27,509 bases of DNA, taken from positions 1 through 27,509 of the forward strand of contig JBDTSX010000001.1 of NCBI GenBank assembly GCA_039930925.1. The letters run 5' to 3'. Every line of letters begins with the position of its first letter. Position 1 is the first letter of the stretch. The notes under the pieces were generated by a model. It had not been told where the DNA came from and searched no databases. It saw only the letters and a program-made list of their open reading frames with translations. Both the position numbers and the translations under genes were made by a program. The stretch is from Acidobacteriota bacterium (GTDB lineage: Bacteria; Acidobacteriota; Vicinamibacteria; Vicinamibacterales; 2-12-FULL-66-21). Positions 1 through 7,910 of this stretch are shown piece by piece.

Positions 1-881
1 TTGATCGCGCTCGGCCCGCCATCGGTGTAGTGGCCGGCAATGACGTAGCGGCCGCCGTCGCGCGCCAGCGTCAGCCCTTCCTCGATCGCCCGCGCCGAGC
101 CCGCGGCCTCGACGACGACGTCAACGCCTTCGCCGAAGGTCAGGGCGCGGACATCCTCGAGCCGCTGCGCGGCGGAGGACGCGTCCAGGTCGAAGACGTG
201 ATCGGCTCCCATCGCGCGCGCGAGGTCGAGGCGCGCGGCGGGCGCGCCGATGGCGATCACGGTGGAGGCGCCGCTCAGGCGCGCCAGGGCGATGGTGCTG
301 AGGCCGACGGCGCCGGTCCCCTGAACCAGCACGCTGTCGCCGGGCCGCAGCCCCGCGCGCTCGATCACGTGCACGGCCGTCAGCAGGCCGCATCCGCCGC
401 CGATGTAGTCGTCGAAGGTGACCGCGTCCGGCAGCCGCGCGACAACGACGCCGGGCTCGAGGTAGATCGCCTGCGACCACCCGCCGAACAATCCGTCCGC
501 GGCTGAATCGGTGATGCCGTAGACACGGCGTGACGCGCACCGTGTCGGCGTCCGGTGCACCGCGCAGGCCCGGCATCGGCCGCAGGTGCGATGGACGTCG
601 AAGAACACCGCGCGATCGCCTTCGCGCAGCTGCGACCCGTCCAGGCCGCGGAGTGGACCGTTGATCGCCTCGAGCGTCCCCGCGGAGACATGACCCGGAA
701 TGATGGGATAGGGCACACCGGAGAGCCGCCCGTGCCACAGATGCACGTCGGTGCCGCAGACTTCCGAGCGCGCGGTGCGGAGGAGCGCGGCGCCGAGGGG
801 GAGGTCGGGACGCGGAAAGTCGCGCACCTCGACCGGACGGCCGGGCGCGGGCATGACAGCGGCGAGGATGCGGGCGCTCAC
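1..881 (-). CDS. Zn-dependent alcohol dehydrogenase (MDR family), 3' end truncated by the window edge
   Basis: Absent from the ORF track because it has no stop in the window. Manual translation from GTG at 881 gives VSARILAAVMPAPGRPVEVRDFP...SEVCGTDVHLWHG...PIIPGHVSAG, a structural-Zn motif CGRCRAC-x8-C, and a Rossmann motif VLVQGTGAVG. Alternative ATG at 854. Confidence 0.9.
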   Translation of the reverse strand, partial: MSARILAAVMPAPGRPVEVRDFPRPDLPLGAALLRTARSEVCGTDVHLWHGRLSGVPYPIIPGHVSAGTLEAINGPLRGLDGSQLREGDRAVFFDVHRTCGRCRACAVHRTPTRCASRRVYGITDSAADGLFGGWSQAIYLEPGVVVARLPDAVTFDDYIGGGCGLLTAVHVIERAGLRPGDSVLVQGTGAVGLSTIALARLSGASTVIAIGAPAARLDLARAMGADHVFDLDASSAAQRLEDVRALTFGEGVDVVVEAAGSARAIEEGLTLARDGGRYVIAGHYTDGGPSAI

Positions 882-886
882 GGCGT

Positions 887-892
887 ACGATA
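887..892 (-). promoter_or_regulatory. Candidate -10 element (TATCGT) 5 nt before the ADH GTG; possible leaderless start
   Basis: Minus strand reads gggTATCGTacgccGTG; no Shine-Dalgarno sequence is visible. Confidence 0.35.
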
Positions 893-971
893 CCCTTGGA
901 CGTCACTGCCGCAGACGGTCGCTGTCCGTGGCACGCGCGGACCAACAGCTTACCACCGGGCCTTTTTTCGC

Positions 972-1664
972 ATGGTGCATCGCATCACCCGCGGCGCCGT
1001 TCTTACGCTGCTTGTCGCGTTCGCGGCCGATGCCGCCTGGGCGCAGGCGTATTCGGCGCCGAAGGCGCGCCGCAAGTTCATCAGCGTCAGCTACGACTGG
1101 CAGTTCACGCAACCGCTGCACTTTCTGGAACATCCAGTGCAGGATCTCGTCGGGCGGCCGGTGGCTGCGTCCCAGTTCGAGGCCTACGACTACCGGACCC
1201 GCGACGGCGAGATCCTGATCGACGTGCTCGAATTCTCGCGGCGCGGACAGGGTGCGGGCGTCACGCTGTATCCGTTCGGGGTGAGTGTCGGTCCGGCGCT
1301 GGCGCTCCGGGCCAGTTTCGAGGATCTGCCGACCATCCGGATCGCCTTCACCGGAAACGGTGCGCCGCCACACTACGCGCTCGACGGCGCGCGCGCCTAC
1401 GATCTCGGCGCGGCGCTCGTCGTCGCCGACCATTCACGCGGCTTCGGGCTCGGGAGCCACGCGTTCGTCGGCGGCGGCGTGGGACGGATCAAGAGCGATG
1501 TCCGTGACGGCGATCGTCTCTTCGGGGAAATGGGCGGGGGTCTGAACTCGGGTCCGGTTGGCGTGGAGCTGTCGGTGAAGTTCGCGTGGAACCGCCTGAC
1601 CGATCCGGTCGATCATCAATTCCTGACGGTGCCGATCACGGTGCGCGGCACGCTGACGTTCTAA
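972..1664 (+). CDS. Exported protein, probable outer-membrane beta-barrel (230 aa)
   Basis: Start reassigned to ATG 972 within track ORF 555..1664. Signal peptide MVHRITRGAVLTLLVAFAADAAWA, alternating amphipathic Gly/aromatic strands, and C-terminal Phe (VRGTLTF). Confidence 0.75.
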   Translation: MVHRITRGAVLTLLVAFAADAAWAQAYSAPKARRKFISVSYDWQFTQPLHFLEHPVQDLVGRPVAASQFEAYDYRTRDGEILIDVLEFSRRGQGAGVTLYPFGVSVGPALALRASFEDLPTIRIAFTGNGAPPHYALDGARAYDLGAALVVADHSRGFGLGSHAFVGGGVGRIKSDVRDGDRLFGEMGGGLNSGPVGVELSVKFAWNRLTDPVDHQFLTVPITVRGTLTF

Positions 1665-1711
1665 AAAAGGACGGCACCGCGCCGGACGTAAACCTGCCGA
1701 GAAGAGAGCCG

Positions 1712-1909
1712 ATGCAGACAGAGGACTGGTTGAAAGCCGCGTGCGCGGATGCGGATCGTCGCGGCCTCGAAGGATTGAAGCCGCTGCTCGAGTCGCTCGC
1801 GCGCTCGACCGCCTCGCTGCGCGAGTTCGATCGTGCGATCCGCGCCAGTGATGCGGCATCGATCTCGGAGTCCACCCCGGCGGGCGACGCCGCCGGACGC
1901 GAGCGATGA
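1712..1909 (+). CDS. Small helical hypothetical protein (65 aa), translationally coupled to the amidase
   Basis: ATG 1712 follows a purine-rich gaagagag stretch. Sequence MQTEDWLKAACADADRRGLEGLKPLLESLARSTASLREF...; its stop overlaps the amidase start (ATGA, 1906-1909). Confidence 0.7.
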   Translation: MQTEDWLKAACADADRRGLEGLKPLLESLARSTASLREFDRAIRASDAASISESTPAGDAAGRER

Positions 1910-3285
1910 CGCCGCCCGCCGATCTCCGATCGATCGCCGAAGTCGCACCGCTGATCAAGGCGGGAACGTTGTCTCCTGTCGATCTCGTCCGCGCGGCCCT
2001 CGCCCGCATCGACGCGCGGGCGGAGTTGAACGCGTTCATCACCGTTATGCGCGAGACGGCGCTGGCCGAGGCGAGGGCCAGCGAGGGAGAGGTCGCGGCC
2101 GGCCGTTACCGCGGCCCGCTTCACGGCATCCCGGTCTCGGTGAAGGACTTGATCGACGTCGCGGGTACCCCGACCACCGGCGGGTCGGCGGTGCCGCCGC
2201 GCTACCCGCGGGAAGACGCGCCGATCGTCACGCGCCTTCGGGAGGCCGGGGCGATCATCGTCGGCAAGACCAACCTGCACGAGTTCGCGTTTGGCACCAC
2301 CTCGGACGAATCCGCCTTTGGTCCGGTGCGACACCCACAGGATCCGTCGCGGTCTCCGGGAGGATCGAGCGGCGGCGCCGCGGTGGCCCTGCTGGAAGGG
2401 ATGTGTTTCGCGTCGGTCGGGACCGACACCGGCGGCTCGATCCGGATCCCGTCAGCCGCCTGCGGCGTCGTCGGCCTGAAGGCGACAATCCACGAGCTCC
2501 CGTGCACCGGTGTCCTTCCGCTGAGCCACACGCTCGATCACGTGGGTCCGATGGCCCGAACGGTCGCCGACGTCTCGACCATGTTCCGCGCGATGAACGG
2601 AGATGTGGCAGACCCTGGCGCGCACGGGCATCTGCCGCCGGACCGGCGGGTGTTTGGCGTACCGGAAACCTATTTCTGCGAGCGGCTGGACCCTGGCGTG
2701 CGGGAAGCACTCGAGCGGATCCGTGGCATCCTCACTCGCGCGGGGCACGACGTGCGCCCGGTCGAGATCGATGACGCGGGGCGCACCGCGGACGTCTACC
2801 TGCACATCGTGCTGCCTGAAGCATCGTGGATTCACGCGTCGATGCTCGAGGCCCACGCCGGCCGCTATTCGCCGGGCGTCCGCTTGCGGCTCGAGATGGG
2901 ACGGTGCGTGCTGGCGGAAGACTACGTGCGGGCGCTGTCGCTGCAGACCGTCCTGACGCACGCGGTGGAACGCGCGATGGCCGGGTGCGATGCCCTGCTC
3001 CTGCCGGCCCTGGCGATCCCCGCGCCGCCTCTCGGGGCCGTGACGGTGGACGTCGACGGCCGCCGTGAACCGGTGCGCGCGGTCATGCTCAGGCTGACGC
3101 AACTCTTCAACATCACCGGGCATCCTGCCATTGCCCTCCCGGCCGGCCGGACCCACGACGGCTGGCCGATCGGCATGCAGCTCGTCGGCCACCCGGGGGC
3201 GACCAACCAGCTCCTCGCGCTGGCCGCCGAGACCGAAGGTTATATGATCGGCGGCGACGGGTCTGTTGGCGGCGGTACCGGGTGA
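1906..3285 (+). CDS. Amidase-signature family enzyme
   Basis: Catalytic Lys in GIPVSVKD, then GKTNLHEFAFG, PGGSSGG and GTDTGGSIRIPSAACG, which supply the Ser-cisSer-Lys triad motifs. Confidence 0.93.
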   Translation: MTPPADLRSIAEVAPLIKAGTLSPVDLVRAALARIDARAELNAFITVMRETALAEARASEGEVAAGRYRGPLHGIPVSVKDLIDVAGTPTTGGSAVPPRYPREDAPIVTRLREAGAIIVGKTNLHEFAFGTTSDESAFGPVRHPQDPSRSPGGSSGGAAVALLEGMCFASVGTDTGGSIRIPSAACGVVGLKATIHELPCTGVLPLSHTLDHVGPMARTVADVSTMFRAMNGDVADPGAHGHLPPDRRVFGVPETYFCERLDPGVREALERIRGILTRAGHDVRPVEIDDAGRTADVYLHIVLPEASWIHASMLEAHAGRYSPGVRLRLEMGRCVLAEDYVRALSLQTVLTHAVERAMAGCDALLLPALAIPAPPLGAVTVDVDGRREPVRAVMLRLTQLFNITGHPAIALPAGRTHDGWPIGMQLVGHPGATNQLLALAAETEGYMIGGDGSVGGGTG

Positions 3286-3398
3286 ATATCAGGTTGCGGC
3301 TCGCCGAGCGGCATCGGCGTCTTCGGTCCCGGAATCGGAGGGTGCCCGAGTGGTTCTGGCGGATGCGGCACGTCGGGGATCGGGGGCTGCTCAATCAT
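3240..3398 (-). CDS. Proline-rich small protein (52 aa), overlapping the amidase 3' end in antisense
   Basis: Manual translation MIEQPPIPDVPHPPEPLGHPPIPGPKTPMPLGEPQPDIHPVPPPTDPSPPII* (22 of 52 residues Pro). ATG 3398, TAA 3240-3242, with a sigma54-like motif just upstream. Confidence 0.55.
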   Translation of the reverse strand: MIEQPPIPDVPHPPEPLGHPPIPGPKTPMPLGEPQPDIHPVPPPTDPSPPII

Positions 3399-3410
3399 GC
3401 CCGTCACAGG

Positions 3411-3426
3411 TGCAACTTTTCTGCCG
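3411..3426 (-). promoter_or_regulatory. sigma54 (-24/-12)-like promoter CGGCAGAAAAGTTGCA
   Basis: GG-N10-GC spacing, with the GGCA and TTGCA blocks of the TGGCACG-N4-TTGCW consensus; 12 nt lie between the motif and ATG 3398. Confidence 0.45.
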
Positions 3427-3510
3427 GACTCACAGGGGTGGCAGGTCGACGATTCGGGATTGGTCGCACCGTTTTGAACATGTCATCCATGCGGCCGGAA
3501 TACTAGGCGA

Positions 3511-4521
3511 GTGCTGGCGAGAGTTTTTCACCAATGGGAGCGTCGGCTCGCGGCCGTCGCCGAAGGGCGCACGGTCCGGCCGTTCGAATGGGGCCTCGAC
3601 TGGATCGACGGCGTCGGAGACGGCGGGGAGGATGCAGGTGAGCGGCTGGCGGCGTGGGCTTCGCAGACCCTCGAGAACAGCGACGCCTTTTTCGCGCTGG
3701 AACCGTGCGGCGACTACGTCCTCGAGGGGGACCGGCTGTCGTTCCCGAGCGCAGTGCGCACGCCGCACGCGGAGAACAATACCGTCCGGGCGCGCTATTT
3801 TCCCGAGCCCTCCGAGCGCGGCCGCAAGCGCGCCGTCGTCGTGCTGCCGCAATGGAATTCCGACGCCGGCGGCCACGTCGGCCTGTGCCAGCTGCTGAAC
3901 AGATTCGGCCTCACCGCCCTGCGGCTGACCCTTCCGTATCACGACGCGCGCATGCCCCCGGAGCTCCGGCGCGCCGACTACATCGTCAGCGCCAATGTCG
4001 GGCGGACGGTGCAGGTCTGCCGGCAAGCAGTGCTCGATACCCGACGCGCGGTCGCCTGGCTGGCGGACCAGGGCTACGAGTCGATCGGCATCCTCGGAAC
4101 CAGTCTGGGATCCTGTCTCGCGATGCTGGCCGCGGCACACGAGCCGCTCGTCCGCGCCACCGCCCTCAACCATATCTCGCCGTATTTCGCCGACGTGATC
4201 TGGGACGGACTCTCGACCGAACACGTGCGCGCCGGTCTCGACGGGCGGATCGATCTCGAGGCGCTGCGCCGGATCTGGATGCCGATCTCCCCGTTCCCGT
4301 ATCTCGAGCGCGTGCGCGGCAAGCGCGTGCTGCTGGTCTACGCGCGCTACGACCTGACGTTTCCGGTTGCGCTGTCGAAGTTCCTGGTCAGCGAGTTCCG
4401 CCGGCGCGGGATCGATCATGAAGTCTGCGTGCTGCCATGCGGGCACTACAGCACGGGGGTGTCGCCATTCAAGTGGATGGACGGCCTTGCGCTCTGCCGA
4501 TTTCTGAACCGGAGTCTTTGA
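3511..4521 (+). CDS. Alpha/beta hydrolase (ABHD18/DUF2048-like)
   Basis: GTG start; nucleophile elbow GTSLG, candidate acid in YDLTF and candidate His in CGHYS. The subfamily is assigned from memory of similar acidobacterial proteins. Confidence 0.85.
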   Translation: MLARVFHQWERRLAAVAEGRTVRPFEWGLDWIDGVGDGGEDAGERLAAWASQTLENSDAFFALEPCGDYVLEGDRLSFPSAVRTPHAENNTVRARYFPEPSERGRKRAVVVLPQWNSDAGGHVGLCQLLNRFGLTALRLTLPYHDARMPPELRRADYIVSANVGRTVQVCRQAVLDTRRAVAWLADQGYESIGILGTSLGSCLAMLAAAHEPLVRATALNHISPYFADVIWDGLSTEHVRAGLDGRIDLEALRRIWMPISPFPYLERVRGKRVLLVYARYDLTFPVALSKFLVSEFRRRGIDHEVCVLPCGHYSTGVSPFKWMDGLALCRFLNRSL

Positions 4522-4637
4522 AGCCCCACGGGGCCGGCTGAAGTTGGACACGACCGGGAACTCTCGGGAATCGCGCGAGGGTGCGCCTGAAGAGCGTGTA
4601 AACAAACCGAGATCTTTGTGGCAATCGGCTCACGCTG

Positions 4638-4803
4638 ATCTTCCGCCTGAAGGCGGAAGCCACAACCGTTTCACTGATTGAGCCATTTCACTGACCGATT
4701 GAGCCCGTATCTTCCGCCTGAAGGCGGAAGCCACAACCGTTTCACTGATTGAGCCATTTCACTGACTGATTGAGCCCGTGGCTTCCGCCTTCAGGCGGAA
4801 GGA
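4638..4803. repeat. REP/BIME-like cluster: three GTGG-tagged palindromes at 71-bp period
   Basis: CTTCCGCCTGAAGGCGGAAG occurs at 4640-4659 and 4711-4730, each followed by CCAC. An inverted copy GTGG-CTTCCGCCTTCAGGCGGAAG lies at 4778-4801. The two 51-bp linkers are nearly identical. Confidence 0.85.
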
Positions 4804-4847
4804 CACGCTCCGGGCATCAATTCACATCCTCTTCAGCCGGCCGTACG

Positions 4848-5051
4848 TCAGAGGAATTTCAGGATGCCGCGGAGGGCGTTGTACAGCACGCCGGCGACGG
4901 CGGTGACGAGCGGAGAGAGTTCACCGTTCGCGATGTTCTCCGCCGTGCTGACCGGCTGCGTGACGAGCAGGTAAATCAGCCCGCCGGCGAAGATCGCCGT
5001 CAGGATCCCGATGATCGCCGCGAGGCTGAGGCTGCGCTGGGCGAAGCTCAT
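4848..5051 (-). CDS. Small membrane protein (67 aa)
   Basis: Hydrophobic segment LSLAAIIGILTAIFAGGLIYLLV and an amphipathic C-terminal helix; TAGACT -10-like hexamer at 5064-5069. Confidence 0.75.
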   Translation of the reverse strand: MSFAQRSLSLAAIIGILTAIFAGGLIYLLVTQPVSTAENIANGELSPLVTAVAGVLYNALRGILKFL

Positions 5052-5166
5052 TGGAACCCGACCAGTCTACAATGGCCCCGCATAATTGTGACTTGGACGG
5101 AGACATGCCGGGCAGGGTTCCTGGCACCCCGGTCAGAGCCCCCCTGTCGCGGGCCACGCAGCGGGT

Positions 5167-6534
5167 CTACGCGGCTGGCACTTCCGTCACGACACCGAGA
5201 TTGAGGCGCGGCAACGAGGGTCCGATCTTGTCGCGATCACCCACAATCACCGTCAACAGGCGCGACGGATCGATGTGCTCCATCGCGACGCGCGTGACGT
5301 CGGCTTCCGTGACCGCCAGCACCTTCGGCACGAAGGTCGAGAAGTAGTCATCCGGCAGCCCGTACAGGGCCAGCTGCGCCGCTCCGCGGCTGATTTGCTC
5401 CGCCGTCTCGAAGTTGCGCGGGTAGCCACGGGTCAGCGCCGCGCGGCCCGTTTCGAGCTCCGCCTTGGAGACCGGACGATCGCCGCGGATGTCGCGCAGC
5501 TCCGACAGCGCGTCGAGGACGGCGTCCACCGTCATTTCGGACTGCACGCTCGCCTGCAGCGAGAACGGTCCCGGCCCCCGGCGGAAGTCGAAGGAGGTCC
5601 GAGCGCCGTAGGTGTACCCCTTCTCCTCGCGCAGCTTCATGTTGACGCGGCTGACGAACTGGCCCCCGAGCACCATGTTCAACACGAGCAGCGGATGATA
5701 ATCGGGCGTTGCGCGCGACACCCCGACGTGCCCGACGCGCAGCTCCGACTGCGCCGCGTCCGGCCGGTGCAGGACGGCGATGCGGCCGGACGGTGACGGT
5801 GGGGCGGCCGGCAAGCGGCGAGGATCGGCGGCGGACGAGGGGTCGCCGACCCAGCCGCCGAACGCTTCGTTCACGAGCCCGGCCAGCTCCTCGTGCGTCG
5901 CGTCGCCCGAGGCAACCACGGTGATGCGGGAGGGGGCGAACGTCGCACGATGGAACGCGCCAATCTCGGAGAGCGCCATCGCGCGCAGCGACGCTTCGGT
6001 CCCGATCGGCAAATGGCCGTAGGGATGATCCGGGTACAACAGCTGCGCGAACGCGCGATCGGCGAGCGCCGGCGGCATGTCGCGGATCTGCGTCAGACGA
6101 TTCAGCCGCAGCTCGCGAACCCGCTCGAAATCACGCGCCTCGAGCCGCGGCCTCAGCAGCATGTCGGCGAGCAGCGCGGCGCCGCGTCCGGCAAACCGCG
6201 CCAGGCTGGTGAGCGTGACGATGGTCGCGTCCGAGCCGATCTCGGCATCGAGGTGCCCGCCGATGCGCCCGAGGGCGTCGTGCAGCTCGATCACGCTCAG
6301 ATCGCCGCAACCTTCGTCGAGCATGTCGCTGGTGATCGCCGCCAGGCCCGGACGATCCGGCGGATCCGCCGCGGCGCCGACCGGCACGAGCACCAGGAAA
6401 CTGATCAGCGGGACAGCGTGCTGCTCGACGGTCCATACCGCCAGCCCGTTGGGGAGCGTGCGCCGGCGAATCTCCGGGAAGCGAAACGGAGGCTCGGGGC
6501 CGAGAGCGGGCAGACGCGATCGGTCGACAGCCAT
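5167..6534 (-). CDS. M16B family peptidase, non-catalytic subunit
   Basis: M16 fold motifs (RRTLPNGL, LNMVLGGQFVSRVNMKLREEKGYTYG); HxxEH is absent, replaced by TSDMLDEG. The start overlaps the upstream stop by 1 nt. Confidence 0.92.
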   Translation of the reverse strand: MAVDRSRLPALGPEPPFRFPEIRRRTLPNGLAVWTVEQHAVPLISFLVLVPVGAAADPPDRPGLAAITSDMLDEGCGDLSVIELHDALGRIGGHLDAEIGSDATIVTLTSLARFAGRGAALLADMLLRPRLEARDFERVRELRLNRLTQIRDMPPALADRAFAQLLYPDHPYGHLPIGTEASLRAMALSEIGAFHRATFAPSRITVVASGDATHEELAGLVNEAFGGWVGDPSSAADPRRLPAAPPSPSGRIAVLHRPDAAQSELRVGHVGVSRATPDYHPLLVLNMVLGGQFVSRVNMKLREEKGYTYGARTSFDFRRGPGPFSLQASVQSEMTVDAVLDALSELRDIRGDRPVSKAELETGRAALTRGYPRNFETAEQISRGAAQLALYGLPDDYFSTFVPKVLAVTEADVTRVAMEHIDPSRLLTVIVGDRDKIGPSLPRLNLGVVTEVPAA

Positions 6535-7844
6535 CAGGACACCGCGACCGGCTGGGACCGATCCAGCGCGAGGTCGGCGCGCCCCTTGGGGACCACGCTC
6601 AGCACGATCCGGCCGTCAGGCCGCAACCACTCCCGGGCGACGCGCTGCATGCCTTCCGGCGTGACATGGCGGTATCGCGCGAGGTCCCTGTCGAAGAAGT
6701 CCGGATCGCCGAGATACATGTTGTACGCGTTCAGTTGGTCCGACTTGCCGCCGAAACCCCCGACCGTCTGGAGCCGGTAGATGAAATTCGCCTCCGCCTG
6801 CGCCAGACAGCGCTCCATTTCAGCCGCCGTCGGTCCCTCGTCAACGAACTCCGCGAGCGCCCGCGCGAGCGCCTGCTCGAGCTGCGCGAGGGTTCGTCCG
6901 GGCGCAGCCGTGGCGACCACCTGAAAGAATCCGCCAATCTCCCGCGAGTTCTGCGACGCGGCAATCTCGGTCGCCATTCGCTCCTCGTAGACCAGCGTCC
7001 GATACAGCCGCGAGGTTTTCCCGCTCGCGAGCACCTCGGCCACCAGATCGAGCTCCGCATCGTCGGCGGCGAAGAGCGGCGGCGAATGCCAGGCGATGTA
7101 GAGCCGCGCCAACTCGACGCGATCCTCGAGGATCAGCCGGGTCTCGGACGAAATTCTGGAAGGGGGCTCGAACTCGACGGCGGGGGCCTCGTCACCCGCG
7201 TCGAGGCCACCGAAATAATCGGTCGCCATCGCCAGCACCTCGCTGGTATTGACATCGCCCGCCAGCGTCAACGAGGCGTTCCGCGGCCGGTAGTAGGTCT
7301 GAAAGAACGCGCGCACGTCGTCGAGCCGCGCGGCGCGGATGTCCTCGGCCGCACCGATCGTCAGCCAGTGATAGGGATGATCCGGCTGGTAGAGCGCGCC
7401 GACGAGCGCCATGCCGGCAAATCCGTACGGACGGTTCTCGTAGTTCTGGCGGCGCTCGTTGAGCACGACCTCGCGCTGGGTTTCGAATTTCGCGTCGGTC
7501 AGCGCCGGCAGCAGGTAGCCCATGCGATCCGACTCCATCCAGATCGCCAGCTCCAGCGCGTTGCGAGGCACCACTTCCCAGTAATTGGTGCGATCCGCGT
7601 TGGTCGATCCGTTCAACCAGGCGCCGGCCTCCTGGAGCGGCTGGAAGAACCCGCGATCGTAGTGCTGCGAGCCTTCGAACATCAGATGCTCGAACAGGTG
7701 CGCGAACCCGGTGCGCCCCGGTTTCTCGTTCTTCGACCCGACGTGATACCAGAGATTCACGGCGACGATGGGACAGCCGTGATCCTCGTGGATCAGCACG
7801 TCGAGCCCGTTGTCGAGGCGATGCCGAGTGAAAGGAATATTCAT
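6534..7844 (-). CDS. M16B family zinc peptidase, catalytic subunit
   Basis: Contains GFAHLFEHLMFEGS (HxxEH), NGSTNADRTNYWE and EREVVLNERRQ-like downstream Glu region (TQREVVLNERRQ). Confidence 0.95.
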   Translation of the reverse strand: MNIPFTRHRLDNGLDVLIHEDHGCPIVAVNLWYHVGSKNEKPGRTGFAHLFEHLMFEGSQHYDRGFFQPLQEAGAWLNGSTNADRTNYWEVVPRNALELAIWMESDRMGYLLPALTDAKFETQREVVLNERRQNYENRPYGFAGMALVGALYQPDHPYHWLTIGAAEDIRAARLDDVRAFFQTYYRPRNASLTLAGDVNTSEVLAMATDYFGGLDAGDEAPAVEFEPPSRISSETRLILEDRVELARLYIAWHSPPLFAADDAELDLVAEVLASGKTSRLYRTLVYEERMATEIAASQNSREIGGFFQVVATAAPGRTLAQLEQALARALAEFVDEGPTAAEMERCLAQAEANFIYRLQTVGGFGGKSDQLNAYNMYLGDPDFFDRDLARYRHVTPEGMQRVAREWLRPDGRIVLSVVPKGRADLALDRSQPVAVS

Positions 7845-7910
7845 AAGAGACTTGCCGGCCGCCGGCCGTCACCCATCGTAGCCACAATCCGGGCGCCGGT
7901 AAACCTGCGC

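Noticed and set aside
30-945. Track ORFs 30..506 (+), 121..945 (-) and 380..718 (-)
   Set aside because: These are shadow or off-frame readings of the open-ended dehydrogenase frame.
1906-3285. gatA assignment
   Set aside because: No gatB and no recognisable gatC nearby; only family-level motifs are supported.
3282-3506. 74-aa plus-strand ORF overlapping the amidase stop
   Set aside because: Arg-rich and featureless despite the GTGA overlap. The minus-strand Pro-rich ORF has better promoter support, though this ORF is not fully excluded.
3430-4605. 391-aa minus-strand ORF
   Set aside because: Shadow of the alpha/beta hydrolase.
4522-4637. Possible sRNA or antisense promoter (TTGCCA-N18-TACACG, minus strand)
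   Set aside because: The -10 lacks the conserved final T, and I found no convincing structure or family resemblance.
4638-4803. CRISPR array
   Set aside because: The spacers are near-identical, the third repeat is inverted, and there are no cas genes; a REP/BIME element fits better.
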